Assembly (NCBI GenBank): GCA_031288595.1
Contig: JAITRB010000006.1
Location: 13,842-45,841 of the forward strand
From: Puniceicoccales bacterium
GTDB taxonomy: Bacteria > Verrucomicrobiota > Verrucomicrobiia > Opitutales > JAIRLG01
Direction: 5' to 3'
Length of the DNA: 32,000 nt
The notes below the pieces were generated by a model. That model was not told the origin of the DNA. It made no database searches and saw nothing but the letters and a program-made list of their open reading frames with translations. Of the stretch, positions 16,492 to 24,476 are shown piece after piece (positions within the stretch are counted from its first letter, which is position 1; every line of letters begins with the position of its first letter). Both the position numbers and the translations under genes were made by a program.

Positions 16492-17115
16492 ATGAGCGAC
16501 GGACCCTATCTCTGCCTTGATGCCGCCACGATCTTTCCCCAGATGGGCATTCTCGAGGGGGGCCGATGGTCGTACTTCAGGCGCTTTCCCCATGCCCGGA
16601 TGGAAGTGCTATGGGAGCCGATTCGGGAGTATTTCCCCCGATTTCCCTGGGCCGGCTTTATCTACAATTCCGGCCCCAGCGGGACGCTGGGCCTGCACAG
16701 CGTTCTGATGATGATCCGCGTTTGGAAGAGCCTTCCGGCCTATCGCTCCGTGCCGGTGGGGCACTACAACGGTCTCCAAATCGCCTCGCGGCTCGAATCT
16801 AAATGCCCGCTGCTCGCCCAGCTGCGGCGGGGAGAGCTCTGGTGGGCAAGGAGAGGGGAAGTGCTCAGGCTCTCTCCGGAAGAGGGGGGAATTCTGGCCG
16901 AGGCACGGCGCTTTCCAACCCAAACCCTGGCTCCACCAGCCTTGATGACCTACAAAGCGCTGGATTACGACCTGCAGGCAGCGGCGGCGCTGATGCTCCC
17001 ATCTGTTCGCTGGGACGATGCCTGGCGGACGGAAACCGACTCCCCTATCCCCAGCTTTGTTCCCTGGGACGGAAAGCGCCACGGCAGCGCTTTTCCCCCG
17101 ATAGTTCTTGGGTGA
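16492..17115 (+). CDS. Divergent TsaB (YeaZ)-like protein, possible tRNA t6A biosynthesis partner
   Basis: ATG 16492 lies 4 nt after the upstream stop. The N-terminus YLCLDAATIFPQMGILEGG and the segment FIYNSGPSGTLGLHSVLMMIRVW resemble the TsaB pattern (ILAIDTAT..., GPGSFTGLRIG...) but are degenerate. ~208 aa. Confidence 0.45.
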   Translation: MSDGPYLCLDAATIFPQMGILEGGRWSYFRRFPHARMEVLWEPIREYFPRFPWAGFIYNSGPSGTLGLHSVLMMIRVWKSLPAYRSVPVGHYNGLQIASRLESKCPLLAQLRRGELWWARRGEVLRLSPEEGGILAEARRFPTQTLAPPALMTYKALDYDLQAAAALMLPSVRWDDAWRTETDSPIPSFVPWDGKRHGSAFPPIVLG

Positions 17116-17154
17116 GGATCCCCAGGCCCCTGCAGGACGGATGATCCGTCGATC

Positions 17155-17256
17155 GCTGCCGCCTTTGAGCCCCAAAGGGGCTTCGGCCCGCTGCGCGGGC
17201 CGCTTTCCCGGCGCGGAAAACTTCGTTTTCCGCACCGGGAAAGCAAAGGCGGCAGC
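17155..17256 (+). repeat. Cloverleaf-like nested-palindrome intergenic repeat, copy G
   Basis: Closing stem GCTGCCGCCTTTG (17155-17167)/CAAAGGCGGCAGC (17244-17256). Hairpins: AGCCCC-aaa-GGGGCT (17168-17182), GGCCCGC-tgc-GCGGGCC (17185-17201), TTTCCCGGCGCGGAAAAC-ttc-GTTTTCCGCACCGGGAAA (17204-17242, one C.A mismatch). Confidence 0.8.
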
Positions 17257-17342
17257 AGAGCGATCTTCCGAAACCTGGAAAAATTTTGGATTTACGACCG
17301 GCAGGCTTTGGCTTATAAGGGACAGGCAGTCAAGAAAGCTTT

Positions 17343-18332
17343 ATGAGTGACAATTTGAGCGCACTGGGACAGGAAATCCGCGAGTCTTCTGCCTGGGTGA
17401 CACTGCTGCGGGATGAGATGAGCCGTGTGATCGTAGGACAGCGCTACATGATCGACCGATTGATCGTCGGGCTGCTGAGCAATGGGCATGTGCTCCTGGA
17501 GGGCGTCCCTGGCCTGGCCAAGACCCTGTCGGTGCGAACGCTGGCGGCGGCGATCCAGGCGAGTTTCAAGCGCATCCAGTTCACCCCAGACCTCTTGCCA
17601 GCCGACATCGTCGGCACCCTGATCTACAACCCGCGCGAGGCGAGTTTCGAGACAAAGAAGGGCCCGATTTTCGCCAACGTCGTTCTGGCGGACGAGATCA
17701 ACCGTGCGCCGGCCAAGGTGCAGAGCGCGCTGCTGGAGGCGATGCAGGAGCAACAGGTGACCATCGGCGACAAGACATTCCGCCTACCGGAGCCCTTTCT
17801 AGTCCTAGCGACCGAGAACCCTGTCGACCAGGAAGGGACCTATCCCCTGCCGGAGGCACAGGTCGACCGCTTCATGATGAAGTTGAGGATAGAATATCCG
17901 GACATCCACGAGGAGAAGCGGATTCTGCAGTTGATGTCGAGGACCGAGCCGCTGCCGGAGATCCATCCGGTGGTATCGCCGGAAAGCATCCTGGAATCCC
18001 GCAAGGTTCTGGACCGCATCTACATCGACGAGAAGGTGGTGGATTACATCGTGAACATCGTCTTTGCCACCCGCAAACCCTCGGATTACAAGATCAACAT
18101 CAACCACCTCATCCAGTTCGGGGCCTCTCCGCGGGCCACCATCGCCCTGACCCTGGCGGCCAAGGCCTGGGCCTTTCTTCAGGGTCGGGCTTATGTCATT
18201 CCCCAGGATGTCAAGACCATCGGCATCGACGTGCTGCGCCACCGGATCCTCCTGAGCTACGAGGCGGAAGCGGAGTCCATCACGGCAGAAACCATCATCT
18301 CCCGCATCCTGAACACGGTGCCGGTGCCGTGA
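17343..18332 (+). CDS. moxR: MoxR-family AAA+ ATPase
   Basis: Walker A LLEGVPGLAKT and Walker B VVLADEINRAPAKVQSALLEAMQE. Typical MoxR length of 329 aa and C-terminal GASPRA motif. Confidence 0.95.
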   Translation: MSDNLSALGQEIRESSAWVTLLRDEMSRVIVGQRYMIDRLIVGLLSNGHVLLEGVPGLAKTLSVRTLAAAIQASFKRIQFTPDLLPADIVGTLIYNPREASFETKKGPIFANVVLADEINRAPAKVQSALLEAMQEQQVTIGDKTFRLPEPFLVLATENPVDQEGTYPLPEAQVDRFMMKLRIEYPDIHEEKRILQLMSRTEPLPEIHPVVSPESILESRKVLDRIYIDEKVVDYIVNIVFATRKPSDYKININHLIQFGASPRATIALTLAAKAWAFLQGRAYVIPQDVKTIGIDVLRHRILLSYEAEAESITAETIISRILNTVPVP

Positions 18333-18360
18333 GCCTTCCTCGCGTCATCTATTGCCCCCC

Positions 18361-19296
18361 ATGGGAAAAGCTGCCGAGCAGGAACAGCGACAGGAGCGGA
18401 TCCAGCAGATTCTGCAAAAAGTCCGCCGCCTGGAGATCAAGACGCGCCGGCTGTTGAGCGATCCCCTCGTGGGAGCCTACCGCAGCGTTTTCAAGGGGCA
18501 GGGTATGGATTTCGAGGAAGTCCGCGAATACTCTCCCGGTGACGATGTCCGGACGATCGATTGGAATGTCTCGGCCAAGATGAACCGGCCTTACATCAAG
18601 AAATTCCGGGAGGAGCGGGAACTGACGATGCTGATCGCGGTCGACCTGAGCGCGTCGCTGGATTTCGGCAGTGGGGAGCAGACGAAGCGGGACGTGGCCG
18701 GAGAGCTGGCCAGTATTCTCGCATTTTCGGCTACCAAGAACAGCGACAAGGTCGGCCTGCTGCTCTTCAGCGACTGCGTCGAGGCCTACATTCCGCCCCA
18801 TAAGGGGAAGAATCACATCCTGCGTGTCATCCGCGAGGTGTTGTTCTTCGAGGCGAAGGGACAGCGGACAGACCTCGCCCAGGCCCTCCATTTTCTGAGA
18901 CAAATCCTAAAGCGGCGGACCATCATCTTCCTCCTCAGCGACTTTCTTCCCTGTGGGAACACTTCTGCTACCCTCTCCGAGGACGAGTTGCGTTCCCTGC
19001 AGTGGATGCGGCGCTATCACGACATCGTCTGTGTGCGAGTAGGTGACCCGCGCGAGCAGCTCCTGCCTCCCGTCGGTTGGGTGCGCTGGGAGGACAGCGA
19101 GACCGGAGAGTTGCTGGAGATCAACACCGCTTCGCGGGACTTTCAAAAGAATTACGAGGCCCTTCTGCGCACGAGAAACCGGCAGTTGGAAGAACGCTTT
19201 CGGCACAGCGGCATTGATTCCTTCACCATTTCGACCGACGTCCCCTTTCTCCACACCTTCGACTCTTTTTTGAAAACGCGCCATGCGCGCCGCTGA
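18361..19296 (+). CDS. DUF58-domain protein (vWA-like MoxR partner)
   Basis: Signature GQGMDFEEVREYSPGDDVRTIDWNVSAK followed by the vWA-like LIAVDLSASLDFGS. Lies immediately downstream of moxR. ATG 18361 (TTG 18352 also possible). Confidence 0.9.
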   Translation: MGKAAEQEQRQERIQQILQKVRRLEIKTRRLLSDPLVGAYRSVFKGQGMDFEEVREYSPGDDVRTIDWNVSAKMNRPYIKKFREERELTMLIAVDLSASLDFGSGEQTKRDVAGELASILAFSATKNSDKVGLLLFSDCVEAYIPPHKGKNHILRVIREVLFFEAKGQRTDLAQALHFLRQILKRRTIIFLLSDFLPCGNTSATLSEDELRSLQWMRRYHDIVCVRVGDPREQLLPPVGWVRWEDSETGELLEINTASRDFQKNYEALLRTRNRQLEERFRHSGIDSFTISTDVPFLHTFDSFLKTRHARR

Positions 19297-19537
19297 GCGG
19301 CCGTTCCGTGTTTGGGAAAATCCATTTGGGGAATGCTCATGCCAGGAGCAGGTATCGCTCCTCGCGGAAGCGGCCGAGGACCTATATCGCCAGCAGAGGG
19401 CGGCTGGAACGCTGTCAGGCAGAAGGAGGGAAAAGCAGCGGCCGGTATAGCTATTGGGGTTCGCATTTGGGAAAACTCCTCTCAGTGGCAGGCGATACGG
19501 TGGAGGAAGCTCCGCTTCATCTCATCCATAAACGTCC

Positions 19538-20377
19538 ATGCTGAGTCTAAGTCAGACGCGGCAGTTCTTACGAGAGCTAAAACTCCAGCCGAAAAAGTCG
19601 CTGGGACAGAACTTTCTAGTCGACCAGAATATCGTTCAAAAATCTCTGGCCATGGCCGAGCTCATTTCGTCGGACACGGTTGTGGAAATCGGCCCGGGCC
19701 TGGGCACCCTGACGCAGGGAATTTTGGAAAGAGGAGCGGATCTTTACGCCGTAGAATGCGACGGGAGGCTCTGCGCGCATTTGAGAAAAAGCTTGGGTAA
19801 AGCTTATCGGGAGCGCTTTCACCTACTTCAGGGGGATGCCATGGCCTTCCCCGTGGCGGAGAAACCAGAAGAGAAGGACTATAAAGTAGTGGCGAATCTG
19901 CCCTATGCGATTTCCACCCCTTGGATGGATGCTCTGCTGGGCCAGGCAGTCCTGCCTTCGCGCCTTGTCGTCCTGCTCCAGCGGGAAGCTGTGGAGCGCT
20001 TCTTGGCCCCCGCCGGGACGAAGGTCATGGGCCCCATCGCTCTCTTCCTACAGTCGGCCTACGATAAAGTCGAGGCTCATCCGGTATCTTCTCACTGTTT
20101 CTTCCCCGCACCAGCGGTGGATTCCGTTTTGCTGAGTCTGTCCCTCAAGGCGGAACCCTTTCGCTTCTCCCATGGGACAAGGCGCCTCCTCCGCCAGCTC
20201 TTCACCCAGCGCCGCAAGCAGCTGGGACACCTGATGGCCGAGCACCTCCCGCCGATCCTGGCCAATGCCTGGTCGGAGCTTCTGCGCAGGAATGCTTATT
20301 CCGCTACGGTGAGACCGGAGGAAATCCCGATGAAAATGTGGCAGCAGCTGGAACTGGGCCGGCCATCCAGCTGCTGA
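19538..20377 (+). CDS. rsmA: 16S rRNA (adenine1518/1519-N6)-dimethyltransferase RsmA/KsgA
   Basis: Motifs KKSLGQNFLVD, VVEIGPGLGTLT (SAM site) and VVANLPYAISTP. Confidence 0.95.
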   Translation: MLSLSQTRQFLRELKLQPKKSLGQNFLVDQNIVQKSLAMAELISSDTVVEIGPGLGTLTQGILERGADLYAVECDGRLCAHLRKSLGKAYRERFHLLQGDAMAFPVAEKPEEKDYKVVANLPYAISTPWMDALLGQAVLPSRLVVLLQREAVERFLAPAGTKVMGPIALFLQSAYDKVEAHPVSSHCFFPAPAVDSVLLSLSLKAEPFRFSHGTRRLLRQLFTQRRKQLGHLMAEHLPPILANAWSELLRRNAYSATVRPEEIPMKMWQQLELGRPSSC

Positions 20378-20405
20378 AAAGAGGGGAAACGCCGTGGAAC
20401 GAAGC

Positions 20406-21233
20406 TCACTCCGGCAGCGGCCAGCGAAAGGCTTTGGCCGATTGTGCCTTTAGATTGATAGGATCAGCCTCGATAAGACAGCCGCGGAGCTGGACATCTT
20501 CGCTGGCGACCTCCGCCCGAGGAGGAAGGCTCTGCAAAAAGCTTGGCAGCCGGGCTTCGATCTTATGTCCGATGATGGAGCGATGGGGGCCGCACATCCC
20601 GAGGTCAGTCATGTAGGCGGTGCCGCCATCCAGCACTTGGGCATCGTTGCTCTGGACATGGGTATTGGTGCCCATCACGGCCAACACCCGACCATTGAGG
20701 TGCCAGCCCATGGCTATTTTCTCGGCCGTCGTCTCGGCGTGGAAATCGAATATCCAGGAATCGATTTCCGGATGCTGCTCCAGCAACTCACTTGCTGCTC
20801 GAAAGGGCGAGGAATCGGTGAGGATTCTCATGGACGCTTGGCCCAAGAAGCACGCGACGCCGAGGCGCTTTCCGCAGAAGGGCAACTCGACCCAGGAAGC
20901 CCCGGGCGCCGAGGCCGCAAAATTGGCCGGTCGGCAGACGAAGGGAACGGAATCGATTTCGTTGAGAAATTCCTTCTGTCCCCAGGTATGGTTCCCCAAT
21001 GTGATGGCCAGAATCCCGGCGGCGTGCAGCTCATGGGCGATGGCAGCGGTGATGCCGGAACCCTTATCTGAGGCAGCATTTTCCCCATTGGCCAGGATAA
21101 GGTCTAGGTGGAATCGTTCCCGGATCTCCGGCAGTTGGCTGAGGATCAAAGCTCGCCCAGGCTTGCCGACAATGTCACCGAGAAAAAGGATACGGACACT
21201 GGAGTTTTGGTTCATAGATGTGTTTTGATTCAT
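20406..21233 (-). CDS. YmdB-like metallophosphoesterase (TIGR00282 family)
   Basis: Motifs ILFLGDIVGKPGR, LILANGENAA and ITLGNHTW, with His-rich metal ligands downstream. Two in-frame ATGs (21233 and 21215) arise from an 18-bp N-terminal duplication. Confidence 0.9.
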   Translation of the reverse strand: MNQNTSMNQNSSVRILFLGDIVGKPGRALILSQLPEIRERFHLDLILANGENAASDKGSGITAAIAHELHAAGILAITLGNHTWGQKEFLNEIDSVPFVCRPANFAASAPGASWVELPFCGKRLGVACFLGQASMRILTDSSPFRAASELLEQHPEIDSWIFDFHAETTAEKIAMGWHLNGRVLAVMGTNTHVQSNDAQVLDGGTAYMTDLGMCGPHRSIIGHKIEARLPSFLQSLPPRAEVASEDVQLRGCLIEADPINLKAQSAKAFRWPLPE

Positions 21234-21246
21234 AGATGTTTAAAAT

Positions 21247-21417
21247 TCACGGATGTTCCTGCCGGTGCTCCCATCGCTGGAGTTGTTTCCAGAGCCAGAG
21301 ACTGACGAAAGTCAAAATCATGGGAATGAGGCGGCCGAGGAAAAAACGGACGAAGAGACGGTCGATCAGATCCAATCCCCTGAGGCAGTTTTCTCCAAAA
21401 AGACCGATGCGATTCAC
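21247..21417 (-). CDS. Candidate small membrane protein (56 codons), not in supplied ORF track
   Basis: A GTG start overlaps the ndk stop (GTGA). Translation: (M)NRIGLFGENCLRGLDLIDRLFVRFFLGRLIPMILTFVSLWLWKQLQRWEHRQEHP, with one hydrophobic helix. By my count, about 36 of 56 third positions are G/C, which is host-like. The stop lies 13 nt before the ymdB-like ATG. Confidence 0.35.
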   Translation of the reverse strand: MNRIGLFGENCLRGLDLIDRLFVRFFLGRLIPMILTFVSLWLWKQLQRWEHRQEHP

Positions 21418-21887
21418 CTCTCAATCTCACTCTCAAGCACACAGATATCGGAGTGAGCTCCTCTGGGTTGGAGAGCAAAAATCTCATCCGGTTTGAAGAA
21501 GCGCCTGATCTCGGCAGCCGCCGTCTGGAGGCTATCAGAAGCATGGGCGATGTTGCGCATCTTATCCGTTCCCCAAGTACGGCGAATCGTGCCAGGTGCC
21601 GCTATGCGGGAATCGGTATCCCCCAAAAGCGTGCGGACGCAGGCGATAGCATCGGGACCCTCGAGAATCAGGATGATGACTGGCCCCGCGCTCATGAACT
21701 CCACGATTTCCTGGAAAAAGGGCAGGTGGGCGAGATGGGCGTAATGCTCGAGCCAAACGGCATCCGGGACCTCCTTCATCTTGCAGGCGATGAGGCATAA
21801 TCCGGCCTCCTCGAAGCGAGCGATGACCTCCCCGACATGTCGGTTCTCCAAACAGTCAGGTTTCAAAATGATGAGCGTGCGTTCCAT
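21414..21887 (-). CDS. ndk: Nucleoside diphosphate kinase
   Basis: MERTLIILKPD..., active-site NIAHASDS, and GTIRRTWG. ATG 21887 matches the usual Ndk N-terminus. The longest ORF (GTG 22160) adds 91 Pro/Ser-rich residues that look non-coding. Confidence 0.9.
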   Translation of the reverse strand: MERTLIILKPDCLENRHVGEVIARFEEAGLCLIACKMKEVPDAVWLEHYAHLAHLPFFQEIVEFMSAGPVIILILEGPDAIACVRTLLGDTDSRIAAPGTIRRTWGTDKMRNIAHASDSLQTAAAEIRRFFKPDEIFALQPRGAHSDICVLESEIER

Positions 21888-22156
21888 AGGCTGTGTTGTT
21901 TTGGGCTGTTCTAAAGGACTGGACGGCGGCGCTTCCCTCGCCGGGGAAACGACCGCAATGGGAGGATTCCCCTCTTTCCCCATCAGGACCGATGCGCTGA
22001 TCGGAGCTGCCTGCACGGAAGGGAGACTCGGCAGCGTCGTGACTTGGGAATTCCCCTCTAGCCAGGAACCAGCACTCAGGGTGATACCGGCAAAGCCGTA
22101 GCTCCAAACCTTGCTGAGGGCGCGGGAGAAATAATTCTTCCTATGTGGAGATGGAA

Positions 22157-22594
22157 TCACGAGACCTTCCCTGCCGACACCCTTGCGTCCGTTTTCAGAA
22201 ACGACTTCGGAGCCGATGGGACGCCACGGGTCTTATTCTCCCAGCTCTTCTTCTCCTTCACCTTGACGGCCTCCTTACCGATGCGCTGGCGCAGGTAGTA
22301 GAGCTTGGCCCGACGCATGGGAACGCTCTCCCGTTCCACCTCGATTTTCTCGATCCTCGGCGAGTGCAGCGCAAATACCCGTTCGATTCCCTCACCGAAG
22401 GATACCCGTCGCACCGTGAATGAGGCATGAATGCCGGAGCCGCGGCGCGCGATGACGATGCCCGCAAATACCTGGATGCGCTCCTTCTCTCCCTCACGGA
22501 CTTTCACGTGGACCCGTACCCCGTCGCCAATTTTGAACACATCGCGATTGGGTTTCAGCTGCTCCTGCGTGATCTTCTGAATAAGGACATTCAT
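22157..22594 (-). CDS. rplS: 50S ribosomal protein L19
   Basis: [57 protein letters not shown] lies upstream of tandem ATGs at 22597 and 22594. Basic C-terminal extension. Confidence 0.95.
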   Translation of the reverse strand: MNVLIQKITQEQLKPNRDVFKIGDGVRVHVKVREGEKERIQVFAGIVIARRGSGIHASFTVRRVSFGEGIERVFALHSPRIEKIEVERESVPMRRAKLYYLRQRIGKEAVKVKEKKSWENKTRGVPSAPKSFLKTDARVSAGKVS

Positions 22595-22644
22595 CATACA
22601 CCTCCTGGACTCGACGCGCAAACTAGTGAGAGACCGGAGGGAAA

Positions 22645-23355
22645 TCAATCCTTTTCGCCGCGTTTTTGCCAGATCTCCCAGAGCTCGGGCCGCCGTGCCC
22701 GGGTACGGGCAAGGCGCTGCTCTTGGCGCCAATCCCGAATGGCCCGGTGATGACCGGAGAGGAGAATTGGCGGTACTGCCCAGCTGCGAAAGATCTCCGG
22801 GCGGGTGTACTGGGGGAAGGACAGGAGGCCCTCGGCAAAACTGTCCTGCTCCAGGGATTCCTCGTCGCCCAGAACCTCGGGGATGTGGCGCACGAGCGCG
22901 TCGATGATGACCGCTGCCGCCAGTGTTCCGTTGCTGAGAACATAGTCACCGATGGAAATTTCCTCATCTACCAGATGCTCCCGCACGCGTTCATCGATGC
23001 CCTCGTAATGGCCTGAGAGGAAGATGAGCCGTTCCATTCGGGCCAGTTCTCGAGCCCTGGAGGTGGAGAATGGCCTTCCTTCCGGAGAGGGATAGATTAC
23101 CCAGGCAGAAGGGGCATCCTTTCTCAGTTCCTCCACCGCTTCGAAGAGCGGCTCCGGCTTTAGGAGCATACCTGCTCCGCCCCCGAAGGGACGCTCGTCG
23201 GTGACGGCGTGCTTCCCGCGGGCCCAGCGGCGGAGAGAGTGGACGGAGATGTGGACGAGGCCTTTTTTTTGGGCTCGGGCTAGGATGCTGGTCGCCAGAA
23301 AGCCCGTGAGCATTTCGGGAAAGAGGGAAACGACATCGATGGAAGCTGCTCCCAT
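22645..23355 (-). CDS. trmD: tRNA (guanine37-N1)-methyltransferase TrmD
   Basis: [37 protein letters not shown] and [17 protein letters not shown] 23355 is preferred over GTG 23409. Confidence 0.95.
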   Translation of the reverse strand: MGAASIDVVSLFPEMLTGFLATSILARAQKKGLVHISVHSLRRWARGKHAVTDERPFGGGAGMLLKPEPLFEAVEELRKDAPSAWVIYPSPEGRPFSTSRARELARMERLIFLSGHYEGIDERVREHLVDEEISIGDYVLSNGTLAAAVIIDALVRHIPEVLGDEESLEQDSFAEGLLSFPQYTRPEIFRSWAVPPILLSGHHRAIRDWRQEQRLARTRARRPELWEIWQKRGEKD

Positions 23356-23409
23356 TTCCCAGAGAGAAATCAAATGCGGGCGCTGGCGGCCGGCGTGTGC
23401 CGGACGCAC

Positions 23410-23664
23410 TCAGGAGGCCTCGCGGCGCTTCTGGACGAGCAGGGTGCGGACGGTATCCGTCGGCTTTGCCCCCACGCCCATCCAGTAGGTGGCCCGTTCC
23501 AAACTGAGGGTACAGAAGGGCGTCTGGCCCCGGGCCTGTGGGTTATAGTTGCCGATCTTTTCGACAAAACGCCCATCTCGCCGGGCCTTCGATTCCGCCA
23601 CCACAATCCGATAGGCCGGATGATGGATAGAACCGTGACGCTGCAATCTGATCTTCAGGGCCAT
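23410..23664 (-). CDS. rpsP: 30S ribosomal protein S16
   Basis: MALKIRLQRHGSIHHPAYRIVVAESKARRDGRFVEKIGNYNP, 84 aa. Confidence 0.96.
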   Translation of the reverse strand: MALKIRLQRHGSIHHPAYRIVVAESKARRDGRFVEKIGNYNPQARGQTPFCTLSLERATYWMGVGAKPTDTVRTLLVQKRREAS

Positions 23665-23818
23665 AGTTTATCTGAGATTCCAGGTGGAAAGAACAGAAAT
23701 CTCTTCCACTGTCAAGACCCTTCTGCAGGAACTTGAGGTTTCTCCTTTCTTCCCACCGCAAAGGGATCCTTTCCACAGCACGAGAGGGAAGAGTCGTCCC
23801 TCGGCAAAATCTCCTCTT

Positions 23819-23894
23819 TGGTGCGAGCGAAGAGGTTCGAACTCTCAACATCCACCTTGGCAAGGTGGCACTCTGCCAATTGAGTTACGCTCGC
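23819..23894 (-). tRNA. tRNA-Gly (anticodon GCC), CCA encoded
   Basis: Reverse complement GCGAGCGTAACTCAATTGGCAGAGTGCCACCTTGCCAAGGTGGATGTTGAGAGTTCGAACCTCTTCGCTCGCACCA folds as a cloverleaf. Acceptor GCGAGCG/CGCTCGC, D stem ACTC/GAGT, anticodon stem CCACC/GGTGG with loop TTGCCAA, T loop TTCGAAC. Confidence 0.95.
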
Positions 23895-24012
23895 GGTTTA
23901 CGAGCGCTAGAAGTGGCCATCGGTCCTGTTCCGTCAAGGCAAAATGGTCCAGACGATACACAAAGGCCTCCCAGCTCGTCGAAGGACGCCCTAGGCTCGG
24001 GAGCTGCTGTGC

Positions 24013-24106
24013 GCCGCCTTGGCGAGAGGGAAAGGAAAAATTCTTTTCCTTTCCCTCTCGCAGGGCCCGCGCAGCGGGCCAGAGCCCTTCGGGCTCCCAA
24101 GGCGGC
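24013..24106 (-). repeat. Cloverleaf-like nested-palindrome intergenic repeat, copy E (inverted hairpin order)
   Basis: Closing stem GCCGCCTTGG (24013-24022)/CCAAGGCGGC (24097-24106), identical to copy A. Hairpins: CGAGAGGGAAAGGAAAA-attc-TTTTCCTTTCCCTCTCG (24023-24060), GGCCCGC-gca-GCGGGCC (24064-24080), GAGCCC-ttc-GGGCTC (24082-24096). Confidence 0.8.
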
Positions 24107-24251
24107 CCACTGTTCCCATCGGCACCGGAGAGGGCTTAAATTCCACATCTTCTAGCCGTTCCCCCAGGCTCTAATTCCCTGCTTTGTTCCCTGAGAAGCT
24201 AATAGCATTGACAAGGCAGGATGAGGGAATTCCCTTCTGCACTTTTCTGAA

Positions 24252-24336
24252 GCTCAGGTGGTGGAATCGGCAGACACGCCAGACTTAGGATCTGGTGCCG
24301 CAAGGCGTGAGGGTTCAAATCCCTCCCCGAGCACCA
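24252..24336 (+). tRNA. tRNA-Leu (anticodon TAG), long variable arm, CCA encoded
   Basis: GCTCAGGTGGTGGAATCGGCAGACACGCCAGACTTAGGATCTGGTGCCGCAAGGCGTGAGGGTTCAAATCCCTCCCCGAGCACCA. Anticodon stem CCAGA/TCTGG with loop CTTAGGA, variable arm GCC-gcaa-GGC, T arm GAGGG-TTCAAAT-CCCTC. The acceptor stem has one A5.C68 mismatch. Confidence 0.9.
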
Positions 24337-24376
24337 GTGATATTTCCCTCTTTTCTCCCGAAAATTGGAAAATCTA

Positions 24377-24423
24377 TTGAAGAGCCCATTCCTCTCATCG
24401 TGAAGAGAGGCTGAGCTCTTCGA
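24377..24423. terminator. Possible bidirectional stem-loop between tRNA-Leu (+) and DoxX-like gene (-)
   Basis: Outer stem TTGAAGAGC (24377-24385)/GCTCTTCGA (24415-24423, one G.U). Inner stem CCTCTC (24391-24396)/GAGAGG (24405-24410). T-containing tracts follow on both strands, but there is no clean U-run. Confidence 0.3.
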
Positions 24424-24476
24424 GGAAAATCTTCTTTTCCAAAGCTGGGCTATCCCCTTGAAAGGAACCCGATTCC

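Noticed and set aside
19312-19800. 162-codon ORF spanning the DUF58/rsmA gap and overlapping rsmA out of frame
   Set aside because: The product is Gly/Arg-rich, and rsmA in the other frame is unambiguous. It is probably non-coding.
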